Origin: Vicugna vicugna
Lineage: Eukaryota
Assembly (NCBI GenBank): GCA_013265495.1
Contig: MU058418.1
Coordinates: forward strand, 2,751,491-2,815,490
Direction: 5' to 3'
DNA: 64,000 bases
The translations under genes were made by a program, and so were the position numbers. Each line of letters begins with the position of its first letter. Positions within the stretch are counted from its first letter, which is position 1. Positions 1 through 12,303 of the stretch are shown here, piece by piece. Below the pieces are notes generated by a model that did no database searches, was not told the origin of the DNA, and saw only the letters and a program-made list of their open reading frames with translations.

Positions 1-3000
1 GGCAAAGTGCAGGGAAAAACCATGTCTCAGGTGCAAAGGGAAAGGGCTGCTTTGACAGGAGCTGAAGGAGGAAGGGGGCGGATCTTGGAGTGGGAAGGCA
101 GTGCAGAAAGGGGGAGCAGCGGAGCAGGGAGAGAACGAGGGGTGCAGCAGAGCCAAGATATTGTCGTGGAATCCACGTGCGCCTGGAATGCGCTGGCTGA
201 AACTTAGACCCTTACTGTTTTGGGAACCTGATAAGTAGAAACCGGAAACAAACTCTTTTTGTCATTTGAAATGTCTAAGGGCCTTCCTTCTGGCCAAAGG
301 TGGACATTTTAACACTCCATTGTTAACATTTTAACAGCTTGTAACTTTATTCTGGGAATATTATCCAAATAGGTCTCTGAGTTTCACAAATATAAAGCAA
401 AAAACTCTCTTCTAAGCATGTGAAATGACTCCAGGGTAAGAAGGAAAAGTGACTGTCTGTGTCACTGAAGGCTGAGATGCTTCCCCGCAGACCAGACTGC
501 TTTGGGAAAACCCATGTTTCAGCCAAGGAGAGTGGAGGGAGGAGGGGATGGCATGGTGCTGTTCCTCAGCTGGCTCCTCAGACTGGCTGGAATGTCCTCC
601 AACAGAAGACAAGGGCCAGAGCCCCAGGGGACTGATTCTGGGAGAACTGGGGAGACCTGGGCCTGAGCAGGGCCGTGGTGGAGCCCAGGGGTCAGAGCTG
701 GGGATCTGACCTCTCCCCCAACCTCTGCATGGAGCCCAGTTCCACTCTGACCCAAGGAAGGACCAGTGATTATGGAGACAGGATCTACAGTTTTAAGTTT
801 GTAGGAATGAGGAAAACAGCTTTGAGTTTTTGTCTCACTGTGTGAGGAGATAAACAGAAAACCTAGGAAGCCATTTCTAAAGAGGTGGGGAGACGCAAGG
901 ACGGCCAGGAGGGGATGGTGGTCAAGGACCTAGAGGGAGGCCTGGCTCTCCGAGATACTTGACATAAAGAATTTATTAGATGTAGTCGTATTGTTAGGTA
1001 TTATGCATGTAATATTAGACATAAGTCAATTTTAAAAATTAATCCTTGCTTTAAGCCTTAAGCATGACCCTTTATCAACAGCAATCAAAAAATTAACTGT
1101 TTTCTGTCTATTTTTCTGAAGACAAGGAGGGAAAAAAGAAGAAAACTAATTGAAAATCTCAGTTGCCAAATAAGGCTACACATGTAAATTCATGGGGGGA
1201 AATCCACCATTTATCCCTAATGACGCTTAACATAGCTATACCTCAAGTAGTTTATCATAGTCAGGATTCTGACATTATCTCATCTGATGACCGTATTGCT
1301 GACTCATTCCCTTGCAATGCATGTTCTAATAAGATGAACTGAATTCTATTTCCCACTTCTCAGAAGATCCACCTCTGCCTTGTCCACTCCACATACTCTT
1401 ATTAATCGGCCTAAGCCCTGCACAGGCCCAGAGCAGCTTTGAGGAAGGAGGTGTGAATGAGGCCCAGGGATGTACAATCTGTATTTCTGTCCAAATGCCA
1501 AAGGAGCCGCAGGAGTTTCATAGGCACTGCCATGAGTCCGGCCAAGCAGGGGAACAGAAGCTACAGGAGGCGGGAGACAGGGGCTCTCCCAGGGAAGGTG
1601 AGAAAGGACTCATTAGATGAGTGGGAAGGAGAGTTCAGGGAGAGAAGCCCAGTGAGGTCAGTGCAGTGGTCAGTGGGGGCCTTATCAGAGCCACAGAATA
1701 AGGCCTCCTGGAACGAAGGTAGGGCACCGAAGCTACAGGGCCTTCAGTGCTGAAACAGGACGCCCAACTCTCTGCATGTCACCCACGGCATGGCCGTCCT
1801 GGCCCAGCTGGGTGATTTATTTAGGTAGGATGCCTGGGAAGAGACAGGATCAGTTGACTTATTGCCTCTATGATTCATTTCCTGGAAGGGCAAGTACAAA
1901 GCAGCAGAATATGACTCCACTGGCCAAAGATATAAAACATGATCTGCCTGGTCGATTAAACTTCAGAGGATTTTGTTCGTTTGTTTGCTCTGGATGTTAT
2001 TGGATATACTTTTTTTTTTTTTTTTGAGAGGGAGATGATTTCTTCTGTTCTTTGAAAAATGCTAAAGATCTAATTTGTGGTTAAAAACATTTTTTCGTTC
2101 CTGGAAATTAATATTATTTCAGAAGGCTAGAGCTTAGATTGAAGGCATTGTTCTGTGGCTTGCTGAGTGAAATGCCCATTTTTGAGTCAGAACTCTGCAG
2201 GCTGAACACTCACATTGTGCAGAAGGGGCGTGGGAGGCAACATAACAGACCCTGGGCGTGAGGAACAAGCAGGGACTGTGTGGCTTCCCGGCTGGGTCTT
2301 CCCATGGTGGGGAGTGGGTGGCAGCCTACAGAGTGAGCCCCAGGGCCCCACACCCTCAGCCATGATGCTGCCCTCCCTGTCACCTGGCCTGAAATCCTTG
2401 CTCTCGGAGGGTTGCCCTGGACTCAGAGGAGTCCATGTTAAGCCTTCCCCAGGAGGAAAGGGGGCATGTGACCCTCTTCCTCCTCCATATTGGCCTTCTG
2501 GTCAGATGCCAGGCTCTGAGGGAAGGGGGAACAGCTGATCTTACAGAGAGGAGGCCCCCGCATGCTATCTCTGCAGGCCCCACATTGGGGCTTAAGAGGA
2601 AGCATGAGGTGTCAGGACCCCAGAGGGGTGATGGAGGGGGAGGGGGCAGGGCTGCTGGGACAACGGTCTCCCCGTGGCTTCTCCACAGGAGACTGTGAGC
2701 ATTGTCTTTCTGAGGCACTCATGTCCCCAAACCCATCATGGGGGATGTGTATATCAAACAAATGGACCTAAAAAGTTCTCCCCAGGGCTCTGTGGGGACA
2801 ACGGCAGCCCCTCAGGCCTCTTCTTGACTCTGTCACCTAAAAAGAGACAGGAAGCTCATGCTCCAAGGCACACACCCCAGCTGGCTGGTCAGCAGGCCAG
2901 GATGGTGTTGCAGTCAGGAGGTGGCTCCCACTGGCACAAAATACGATTCACTCGGGGTTATTTTAAGTAAAGTAAAATGCTTCCAACTAAGGAGGAGTTG

Positions 3001-4739
3001 CGGGATTTTTCCCAGGGCTTCATCTCACAGTTAGAGATTAGGCCTGAAAATAAGGTTATTACGGAAATAAGGGGCCTGTTTTCTAGAAGCTGATACTTTA
3101 GAAGCAGGCAGAACAAATCATTCAGATAATGTAGATGCTTTCCTGTGACAGTGGTTGAGGGTGGCCCCAAATATGCCTGTATTGACAGTAAAGCTCTATC
3201 ACTTTGGGTTTGCCTAATAACTTCCCCTTACCAGAATTTTATTCAGGTAAGATGTACAACAGCTCAACTTCGTATCAATAGGATTAGCACTTTCAATGTT
3301 CTTTTTCCAGGCATTTTTCTAATATAAAGACAAAAATGCAACATTACACAACCTTGCCACTCAGAAAAGATGGTGATGCTCTGAAACTGGAATGTTGGCG
3401 AATGGTAACTCCATCACATGATGGCTCAAATGCTCATTTACCAGCTGATACCTAGTGGTTTAAATTTAGCATACGAACAGGGGTGTATGGGCCAGTGAAC
3501 AAGGCACAAAAGTGTGGGTTTTATGAAACTGGAACTTAAAAAAGAAAAATGTCCCATATAAATTGCTAAGAGATAAAAGTGAGAAGAGTGCTTATCAAGC
3601 AAGGAAGATATCATGATGCTCCTGGCAAGTGCCCAACAGACACGTGTGCTCCCTCCTCTGTGCGCCCATTCCACCCTCATAAATCTGTATTAAACCTCAC
3701 CATTCATGTTACTGTAATTGTTAATTAACATGGATATAAACATACAGACACAAACTCATATACACACATATACACCATCACCCCCAATAGACTGAATTCC
3801 TTAAGAAAAGTGATCATATTTTATCCTCTTTTGACCAGCTGCTACCACAGGGCGAGTATACACAGAAGTTCAACAAAGAATTGTGGAATTTATTAATCAT
3901 ACCAATTACTTATCCCACCTCTGGGACCAAGTCATTGTCGCCACTGCCTACCTCAAGTCACTTTTCCAACATTACCCAATAATTTGCATTGCTCCTATTC
4001 ATCCACCAAATATACAGATTAGGGGATGGAAAGAGCCAAGGTTTCACAACCCTCAATATGCTTGCAATTTCCAGACGAAACTAAAAAGAGGTTTATTGAT
4101 GTGTCTCAAATAAAGATACTCTTGATACGTTTCCTAAGTAACTGGAAACAGGAAGCCTTGGAAATCAAGCCAAAAGGCAAGTTTACGGAATTTGGGGCTG
4201 AACTTGGTGAGGAAGCAATTACCTAATTTAGATAAGCCCTCAGTTTTAGGGTTCTTGTTTATAACAAAGTAAGATAATGAGCTATTTTCTTTATCATTAA
4301 TGAGGAAAAATTCAAAAATAATTTATAATAAACCCAAGAGTCCCTTATCCAAAGAACTAGAGTGAATCATATCATTTTACAGCTGGAAGCATTTTCTCCA
4401 AACGTCTCCACTTTACAGGTGAGGAAATTAAAATACTGTTTCAGTAACAGGGTTGCATGGGGGTCTTACTGGTGGGGAGAGAGGGGGACCAAATCGAGCG
4501 TCAAGATACACCAGTGGAAGCAGAAGATGGACATGTTACTAATTGGGTGTGACCCTCCCTTGTGACACAGGCAATGTTTTCAGATGGTTTCACAAAGCTC
4601 TTGGTGTTTGTAAACGAGACACAGTGCACAGGCGCTCGGAGGGACCACAGAGAATTTTCAGTACCTATTTTAGGGAAGCTGTGGAGTTATTTACAGGTGT
4701 GACAGACAAAGGAAGCAGCAAAGAGCCACTCCAACTGAC

Positions 4740-4916
4740 CTTTTCTCCAACCATGGGAGGTAGACAGGGCCTTCACATTTCAGCGTCGTAAAAGCCTGAC
4801 CAAACACATGTTGGGGGAATTTCTTCAGCTCATCCTTAGTCATCTTTCGAAATCCCAGCACCACATCAGCCCAGAATGGCACTTCTTCAGCAGGAATACT
4901 CCGAAATATCTGCCAA
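4740..4916 (-). CDS. DDO: DDO exon 4 (177 nt)
   Basis: Acceptor ttactgtgtttgAG|TTGGCAG, donor AAAAG|gtcagt. Encodes WQIFRSIPAEEVPFWADVVLGFRKMTKDELKKFPQHVFGQAFTTLKCEGPVYLPWLEKR. Confidence 0.96.
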
Positions 4917-7900
4917 CTCAAACACAGTAAGTGGAAAATTTTCCTGAAATTTTGTGAAATTTCTAGTGAACCCCATGTAACATTCTCTAAAGCATTTTTA
5001 AAACACACTTCCTATATCTATACAGAGAAAAATAAATCTATTCTTCTATTCTCTTGGGTTCAGATAACTCAGTAGCTAAATTTAAAATATTCATGTAGCA
5101 GGGTGGGGAGGGTTGGAATAAGATATTTTAGAAGTTGTGTGCCTTTTAAAGATTGAATTTAATGCTCTTTTTCTAAAAAGCTCTTGCCCAGATTTTCTTT
5201 CTTTACTTATGATGATGTACTTTTGAGGAAAGACTTTTCTCTTTTGCATAATACTTTACATAAATTGTAAGCAAAAGTTTAAAGGTTGGCCTCAATTCTG
5301 AACAACTTGGAACAAACAATGGTGGGGATGCAGAAGACGGGTGTGAATTATGAGTTAAGTCATGGATAGTCACATTAATTTCTTGATAGGAGAAGCCAGG
5401 GGTTGACAGGGGAAGCCTTGTTATCGTTAAGTCATGGTTGGGGGTAATGAGGCTGGAATGATACTGGTTGTTAACAAGAAGCCTATAATAGTACTACCAA
5501 CAGCTGCTAGGCAGGTTTGGATTTATAAGTATTGGGTTGTTTTCATCAATAGGAACAAATGTTGTCAAGCACAGCTGCTCTGAAATAGCAAGGAAAATCA
5601 TTTAAGTGCTGCACTTTGTTGCTAATGATATGATCATTAATGTAGGGGAATTTATCTCTCTAAGTGATTCATTCAGTGCAGTTCCTGTGGAAGGAATAAA
5701 CGTTGTTTGCTGCAAGTCTCTACAGTGGGCCCTCTTGTTGTCTCATTCTGCACACCTTCCCTGGGCTAGATTGCCCTCTTCCATGTCTTCGTCATCATCT
5801 GTAGGCCAGACACGCAGAAGGCTACATCTCCAGCCCTCTACTCTCTCCTGAGCTCCAAAACCAGATCCAGACTTACGTTGTCTACTCCCTACTGGGTAAG
5901 TCTACCTCCATGTCTCAGACATTTACCTCATGCCCCACTCTTTCCTAACCCCTCATGCCCCACTCTTTCCTAACCCCTTTTCCATCCACCCAGATGCCAA
6001 CTCAAGAAATCCAAGAATCACCCCGACTCTCTCCTCTCTCACCTGCTACATGCCATCAATCACCCAGTCCCATAAATCTCTTCTTAAGTGTTTCTCAAAT
6101 CCGTCTATTCTCTGTGCCAACTATCAGCACCTAATCTATCCCATCACCATCTCTCTTCCCATAAATCTGTTCTCTGCACTGCAGACAGAGTATTTTTTGA
6201 AATGCAAATATGATCAGTTACTTTATGTAAAAATCCTCAATGGCTTTCCATGACCGCAGACTTTTTTTAGTCCTTCCAACACACCAGAGTCACCCTGGAT
6301 TCAGGTCTATGTATGTACTATTCCTTCTGCCTAGAATGCTGCCTCCTCTGTCCTGGACTCTGTCTCAGCCCCCTTCACGTCTATGAGGTCAGCAGACTAA
6401 CCTATACTCATGTGGATGGTCTCCACTGAAACATTACTTTTTTCCAGGTGGCTTCTCATAATTTCCCAGAGCATACTTATTCTCCAGATTCGTGCTTCCA
6501 TAGTACGCTGTACTCTTACCTTGGTGACTCGTGTTATCGTTTGTAACTCATTAGATTTAGGACATTCCCTGCAGAACATAAGCTACATGAGGGCAGGACA
6601 ACTTCTGTCTTTCCTAAAAATTCACTCAGCATGTATTTAGTATACATCTACTACATGAGAAGCAGTATATAGTAAGTTGCTCATTTGTATTTTCCTAATT
6701 CCTAGGAAAGTACCCAATACTGGTGAATGCTGAGTAAATTGTTTTGGAGGAATGAATAGATGAATAAAGCTTATACTTATGCCAAGGCACACAGGACATT
6801 TGTGCCCTTATCTTCGCTTGACTGATACAAATCTTTTCTGAAAGCAAGTGGGATAAAAGTCTTTCATATGAGGAAAATAAATGACTCTTTTTAGAACAGC
6901 TTAAAGTACATTCTTTTTAATATCCTCAATGGTGGCAAAGTCTTACTCTTGAAAGGACATTTGAATCTTAGACACAGCTGTTTCCAAAACTTACTTAGAG
7001 CCAATGTTTGTGAATCAGACTGGATTGTGTTGGGTTTGAACAAAAACAAAGTGTGACCGTAAATCAATGAGAACAATGATTCTATGTAGCTTATCAACTG
7101 GCTCTGGAGACAATTTTACAGTTTCAATCCATCTTCAGAGGTAGAGAAATTAAGTTGCTCCTTTGGGAAACTAGTGATTTCAGCATCATTTGCAGTTTGC
7201 GATGTGAAGGAGGGTAAGAAGAGGAAATGTGCCTAATTTAAGTGCATTCACCAGCAGAAAATGTTAGCAGATAGCCTGCTCTCAAAAGAGGAAACAAAAC
7301 AATTTAAAAAAAAAAAAGCACAAAAGATGCAGTGGTTTTGAGAACCTTGCAAAAGACAGATATCCCTCTTCTTTTGAAGGCTGTAGGGTATGGTTGTGTT
7401 ATCACATAGAAAAACACAGATAAGATACGTGTATGTCATAAACTAAAAGTGATAGAATGGTTAGTGATCTCTGTTTAAGAAAATACACAAAGATATTGTC
7501 ATATTTTAAGTGCCAGTTTGTGTTAGAAATGTGTAATAGGAATTATTTGAAAATCTTTTATTTAATTTTGCATTGCTTTTGAAATCAGGTATTAGAATTA
7601 AATAGAAGCATGCTAACCATTTCGGAAATATTTTTCCCAAATGGCACTTCAAAAGGTAAACTTAGTGACCTATGAAATTTACTTTTTTGGAAACATCTCA
7701 TTCTCCAAGGACATCAAATAAGATGTGCCTATGCCTTGGGTCTCTACACCCATTCCAATATCACACCTGTTTGCTTTCCATCAGCCCTAGCAGCCCTATA
7801 TAACCCAAACTCAGTGTTTACCTGCTATATGGTTTTTTTTAGCTGTATTTGTAAATTACTGCAAATTCCTTGAGGAAATTCAAAATAGCACTTGTGATGA

Positions 7901-10900
7901 GAAACTGTAATGTTTGTTTATTGTTTAAAAATCTAACACTATAACTGGCTTTCTTGAATTCTTTGGGATAAAGCCTGAAATGTTCTTCTAAATCCTCCCA
8001 TATCTAGTTCAGCACACTGCTCACAGTAGGTACTCAGTAATATTGTAGGTTGGACTCTCAAGTCTGTTAAGATCATTCTAAATTCTAAAATAACTTCAGA
8101 ATTACTCTCTTACCCAGACACCAGAAGAACACCAGCATCTTCAGCTTCTGTAGAATTGGCAATTGCAAAGAGGTGATCAAAGGTCTCTTTAAACCACTGC
8201 TTCTGCTTGTGAAGGGGTGTGTCTATGATGGTGGAGAAAAGCAAAGCAGAACAGAAAGAGAAATGATGACAATGACTGTGCTTCAGAGAAACTCCTTCCT
8301 AGAAACTGGGAAAAATGAAAAAGGCAGAGAGGAACATTTAGAGGAAGTACCACATTGTGCTGGAGGATCTGTCAGAGACCAGAGTTTTGAATGTTGACAC
8401 GTGCTGTCAACATCAGTTCATATAATGATTAGTAATGATCAATCAACAGAGGGAAAAGCAACCAATGAGAGCAAAATCTAACATACAGACCAGCTGGAAA
8501 GGGGTCTTTGGCACTACACTTATTCCAGAAGTCCTTGAAAGGTCCATAATCAATCTGAGCCAACTTAGTTCATGGTTGAGGCGTCCAGCTGGTCATACAG
8601 TTGAAATTATAGGAGAAAGAACCCGGGGACTGAAAACATGGCAGAAGACCAGGGGAGATCTGTGAGGTCCAGTTCGGAGAACAGACTGCCCATCAATGGG
8701 AGGCCCAGGTGGCTCCTCTTCCTGACACAAGGAAGCAAGGCCTGCTTTATAGAACTGAGCTCTCCACAGCCCCATCCATGACTGCCATTACCTCCATCCC
8801 CCTCCACTCCATGGAATCACAGACCAGCCTGGAGGAGCATTTCCGGGGTGTGCAGGGGGCCATACTAGGCACCACCTCTCTGTCGGCGTCCCGTGGACCA
8901 GTGCTCCCTACCCACCAGGCATCCCTACCAGAGCACAAGAGACTGGACCCAGACACTACCTCGGGAAGGGTACCAGGCCTGCCAGGGAGGAAATAAGGGT
9001 CAGGGTTCAATCCCCAAAATAGTAGTGTCCAGTCTAGGCACAGAAGCAAGCATGACCCAAAGGCACAGACAAATCCAGCTGTGGATGAAATATTTGGCCA
9101 TCTGATCCCTGTGGAAGGGTCATGAGAGAGAAAGAGCTCAGGGTCAGGTCAGGGACTGGGGGACAGTAATCCTGAGGGGCTGCATTGGGGGAGCCACAGA
9201 GAAGATGGGGAGACTGAACAGAGAGGACACTGGGTCAGCTCTGTTGGAGAGATGTCCCTAAAATTCATGGTGGAGATGAAGAGGCCCCAGGATCCTGCTT
9301 CTAGGTGAATGAGGACATTTCAGTAGCAGGTTTTAAAAAGAGCCACTTGTCAAGGGTCCTATGAATACTTATTTTATAGTGGATCTGTGCTGTTGTCTTT
9401 AAACATGTGCCCATGTGAACTCAACACATAGGCACAAAATTCCAGAATTGCAGACTGGGGCTACTGGTTTAGGAATAAGGGACAAATAAATAATAAGCTG
9501 CAGTGAGAACTAAATTAGATCTCACGTGGATTATACTCCAACAATCTAATAAGCCAGTGTATGAGGCTGTATTGAAATGCATCTATGTGTTTCCACTCCA
9601 AATAGTAAAAAACAAAAAAGTGACTGCTATTTATACACTGCAAAAGTTATCCCAAAAGAAAAGACAATTTCAGTTCAACAGTGGGTGGAGCAAGTCTCGT
9701 GACCTAATTTGCCTTCGAGAGCTGGGAAGAGAAAACTGCAGCCGAAGTAGCAGTAATAACAGTAGCAAATGCTGACAGAGCGCTTACTGTGTCCCAGGCA
9801 CTGTTCTAAATGCTTCACGTGTATTAACTCATTTAATCCTCTCAGCAGCCCTATGGGACAGTGTAGTCCCCATATGGTATTGACACTGATGAGCACGGAA
9901 GATTTTTACCACTAGGGCTGGTCTGAAAGAAGCCCAGATTGAAAACCAAAGTCTGTCTAACAGCATCAGAGACCCCCTGACCCAGGAAGGGGTGAGCTGG
10001 GCCTCAGTGGCCTGAATGAACTCTCCAATGACCCTACTTCTTTAAAAACGATTCCATGACTATCAGGCAGCCTTCTCACCACTCGAGCCTGATGTATGCA
10101 AGGGGACGGACACCTGGAAGATGGACACAAGGACTCTGGTCACAAGAAAGGTGGCCAGTGTAAATTAGCACTCTGCAAACATACCAAGCTCCTGCTTGGT
10201 CCTGCAAGGCAGCAACCAGGAGGTGCTCTAGCACCATCATGGGCACTGACAAAGCCAGGCTCCTGGGCTGTAAGACCGAGGCCACTGCCCTCCCCACCCT
10301 GGCAGAAGATGAGATTATTCTCTGTTAGGTGACACAAGGAGCCTCTGGACTGGGAAACACCAAGCAGGTGAAGGCAGGGATGCCATATTGAAAACAATAA
10401 CATTAAGGAAACACATGCAAACCAGATGCCAAGACCCCAGCTCTCCTCTCCCCCTCTTTCTAGAATGCTGCCAGCCAGGTCTTCACCCTCCCCAGCCAGG
10501 AGATTGGAAGCCTCTTCTTCGGGGAACATGACTCGCCCAAGAAGAAAGACATAAATATAATGACACCAGAGGCTCCCCAACTAAACAGTCCTCTCATCTC
10601 ACTTCACAAAGCCTCAAGGCAACAAGCCCTACACAAGGGCTCAAAAATTCCCATTGGCTGTTTAGGGTCCTGCACTTAAATGTCAGCAGACAGGTAAAGA
10701 GGACCACATGGCCAAAGAAAACCTGTAACACGACAAATGAGCACATCAAACAAACAAACAAAACACAACTTGGAGACAACAGAAATTATGCAGGGAAAAG
10801 AAGCTTTTAAAATTATGATTAATATCTTCAGAAAGAGACAGTTGCAACCATAGAATACAGTATGTGATAACAAAGGGAAATTCAAAGAAGAAAAACAGCT

Positions 10901-12299
10901 TTGCAATATTAAAAATGCTGTAGTAGAAATTAAAAGCCCAACAGCAAGGTAAAACACAAAACTGAGAAAATCCCCCAGAAAGTAAAGCAAAAAGAGAAAT
11001 AGGAAGGGGAAAAAAGCTAAGAGAATGAGAGGATTTGTCCAGAAGGCACGGCAAAACAGCGATTCCAGAAAGAGAGGCAGAGACAGCAGGAGGGAGGAGC
11101 CAGCAATTGAGACAAAGACTACAGCTTGAACTGAAGAACGTGAGTTTCCAGATTAAATGGACAAGGCAGTTTTCATGATCAAGACTGCTGTTTTTTGTAA
11201 TAACTTGTAATTATATGACTGTTTAAACCGTGTACATGTATAATTTTGATACAAAAGTCAAAACTTAAATTAAAGGGGAAAAAAAGAGTAGAAATGAGAA
11301 AGTGGAGACATTAGCTGCAAAGTGATTTTGTTTCCTATTTAATGCTGTTTCCTTCTCCTCCCATTTCATGTGAAGAATACAGAATGGAAAGGATGCATGG
11401 ACATGTTTTTTAAAATAATACATTTTCAGGCCTGAATAAATTTTAACTGATTGTTTTGAGGTTTTTTTTTTTTTAACATGTTGACCGTTTTTGTACTGCC
11501 TTAGAAGTGAGGATAACATGAGTCCCATTACAAGTAATCTGATTTGATGGTCATTAATGGTATCAAGGGAAAAACAGAATTACCAACTGTGGTAGCCATT
11601 AGTGCTGTTCACCAAATACTCTGGCAGTCTGCCTTCTGGGAGCCTTATAGAAGTGTATTTCCTTGCCTCCTTCTGAGGGGTGGGAGCATGTGACAAGGAC
11701 TGGCCAATGAACTGTCATCAGAAGTGACCAATGTTGCTTCCTGGCCAGAGCCTTTAACTGCTAAAGCAAGACACCACCACCCCACCCTCCTCCCCAGAGC
11801 TCTCATCCCTCAGGCACAGGTACTGACCACATTCAAGGCTGTGGCTGCTTCATCACCTTAGGTCCCTGGGTGAGGAACAGAACACTTGCTGATGCTCAGT
11901 CGACATACAGTGTGAAATAAATCTTTGCCTTTTAAGCTGTTAAGATTTGGAGGTTCTTTTTGTTCTGCAGCACAACTGAGCCTTTCCTAACAGATGAACC
12001 AACAAGATGTTAAAAATGCACCTTACACTTACATGCCCATCCAGCTGTTCTTGTCAAAAGAATTCCACCAACACCGTTCTACCTAACATCTATCCTATCT
12101 GACAGAGGAGCAAAACCCCTCTCTCACCTGGATAAGTAGGAGGAATAAGCATTCCGGCTGCCACATCACTCGTGGTCTCAGGAGTGAACTTGTCTGAAAT
12201 GACTGTAATGGAGCATCGTGGGACCAGTTTGGAAATGCACACTGCAGTAGAAAGCCCCATCACGCCGGCCCCCACAACTGCAATCCGTACTCTATCCAT
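4740..12299 (-). CDS. DDO: D-aspartate oxidase, partial CDS join(12128..12299,8114..8222,4740..4916); final exon outside the window
   Basis: Spliced translation MDRVRIAVVGAGVMGLSTAVCISK...DVAAGMLIPPTYP-DTPLHKQKQWFKETFDHLFAIANS...VSG-WQIFRSIPAEEVPFWADVVLGFRKMT...PWLEKR. It has the GxGxxG FAD-binding motif. Exon sizes are 172/109/177 nt with consistent phases. No ~190-aa terminal-exon ORF occurs in 1..4739. Confidence 0.97.
5335..5643 (-). pseudogene. Ancient NUMT, fragment of mitochondrial ND5, in DDO intron 3
   Basis: TLMIMSLATKCST*MIFLAISEQLCLTTFVPIDENNPMLMNP is in gap-free register with mammalian ND5 [37 protein letters not shown] (recalled). It continues as LAAVGSTIMGFLLTTSIIPAS after a frameshift. 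Confidence 0.75.
5790..6350 (+). mobile_element. L2 fragment(s)
   Basis: tacatctccagccct...ctctctcctgagctcca and aaatgcaaatatgatca...aaaatcctcaatggct, both L2 motifs. Confidence 0.7.
6895..7115. mobile_element. MARNA-like mariner DNA transposon fragment
   Basis: tcctcaatggtggcaaa...aaaaacaaagtgtgaccgtaaa...aactggctctggagacaatt resembles the MARNA consensus (recalled). Confidence 0.6.
8114..8222 (-). CDS. DDO: DDO exon 3 (109 nt)
   Basis: Acceptor ccaccatcatag|AC, donor TCTGG|gtaaga. Encodes DTPLHKQKQWFKETFDHLFAIANSTEAEDAGVLLVSG. Not in the ORF track; read manually. Confidence 0.96.
9755..9905 (-). mobile_element. MIR
   Basis: gagcgcttactgtgtcccaggcactgttctaaatgcttcacgtgtattaactcatttaatcct. 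Confidence 0.85.
10700..11270 (+). mobile_element. Old L1 fragments (ORF1-like region plus 3' end)
   Basis: A-rich L1 ORF1-type text (attccagaaagagaggcagag...gagtttccagatt) followed by an L1ME-like tail. Confidence 0.6.
11588..11995 (+). mobile_element. MaLR (MLT1-type) solo LTR
   Basis: Starts tgtggtagcc. Contains tggccaatgaactgtcatcagaagtgac and aaataaatctttgccttttaagctgttaagatttgg. Confidence 0.75.
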
Positions 12300-12303
12300 G
12301 GGC
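12128..12303 (-). CDS. DDO: DDO exon 2 (4 nt UTR, ATG at 12299, 172 nt coding)
   Basis: Acceptor cctcctcgcag|GCCCATGG, donor CCAG|gtgaga. Encodes the N-terminal Rossmann fold. Confidence 0.97.
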
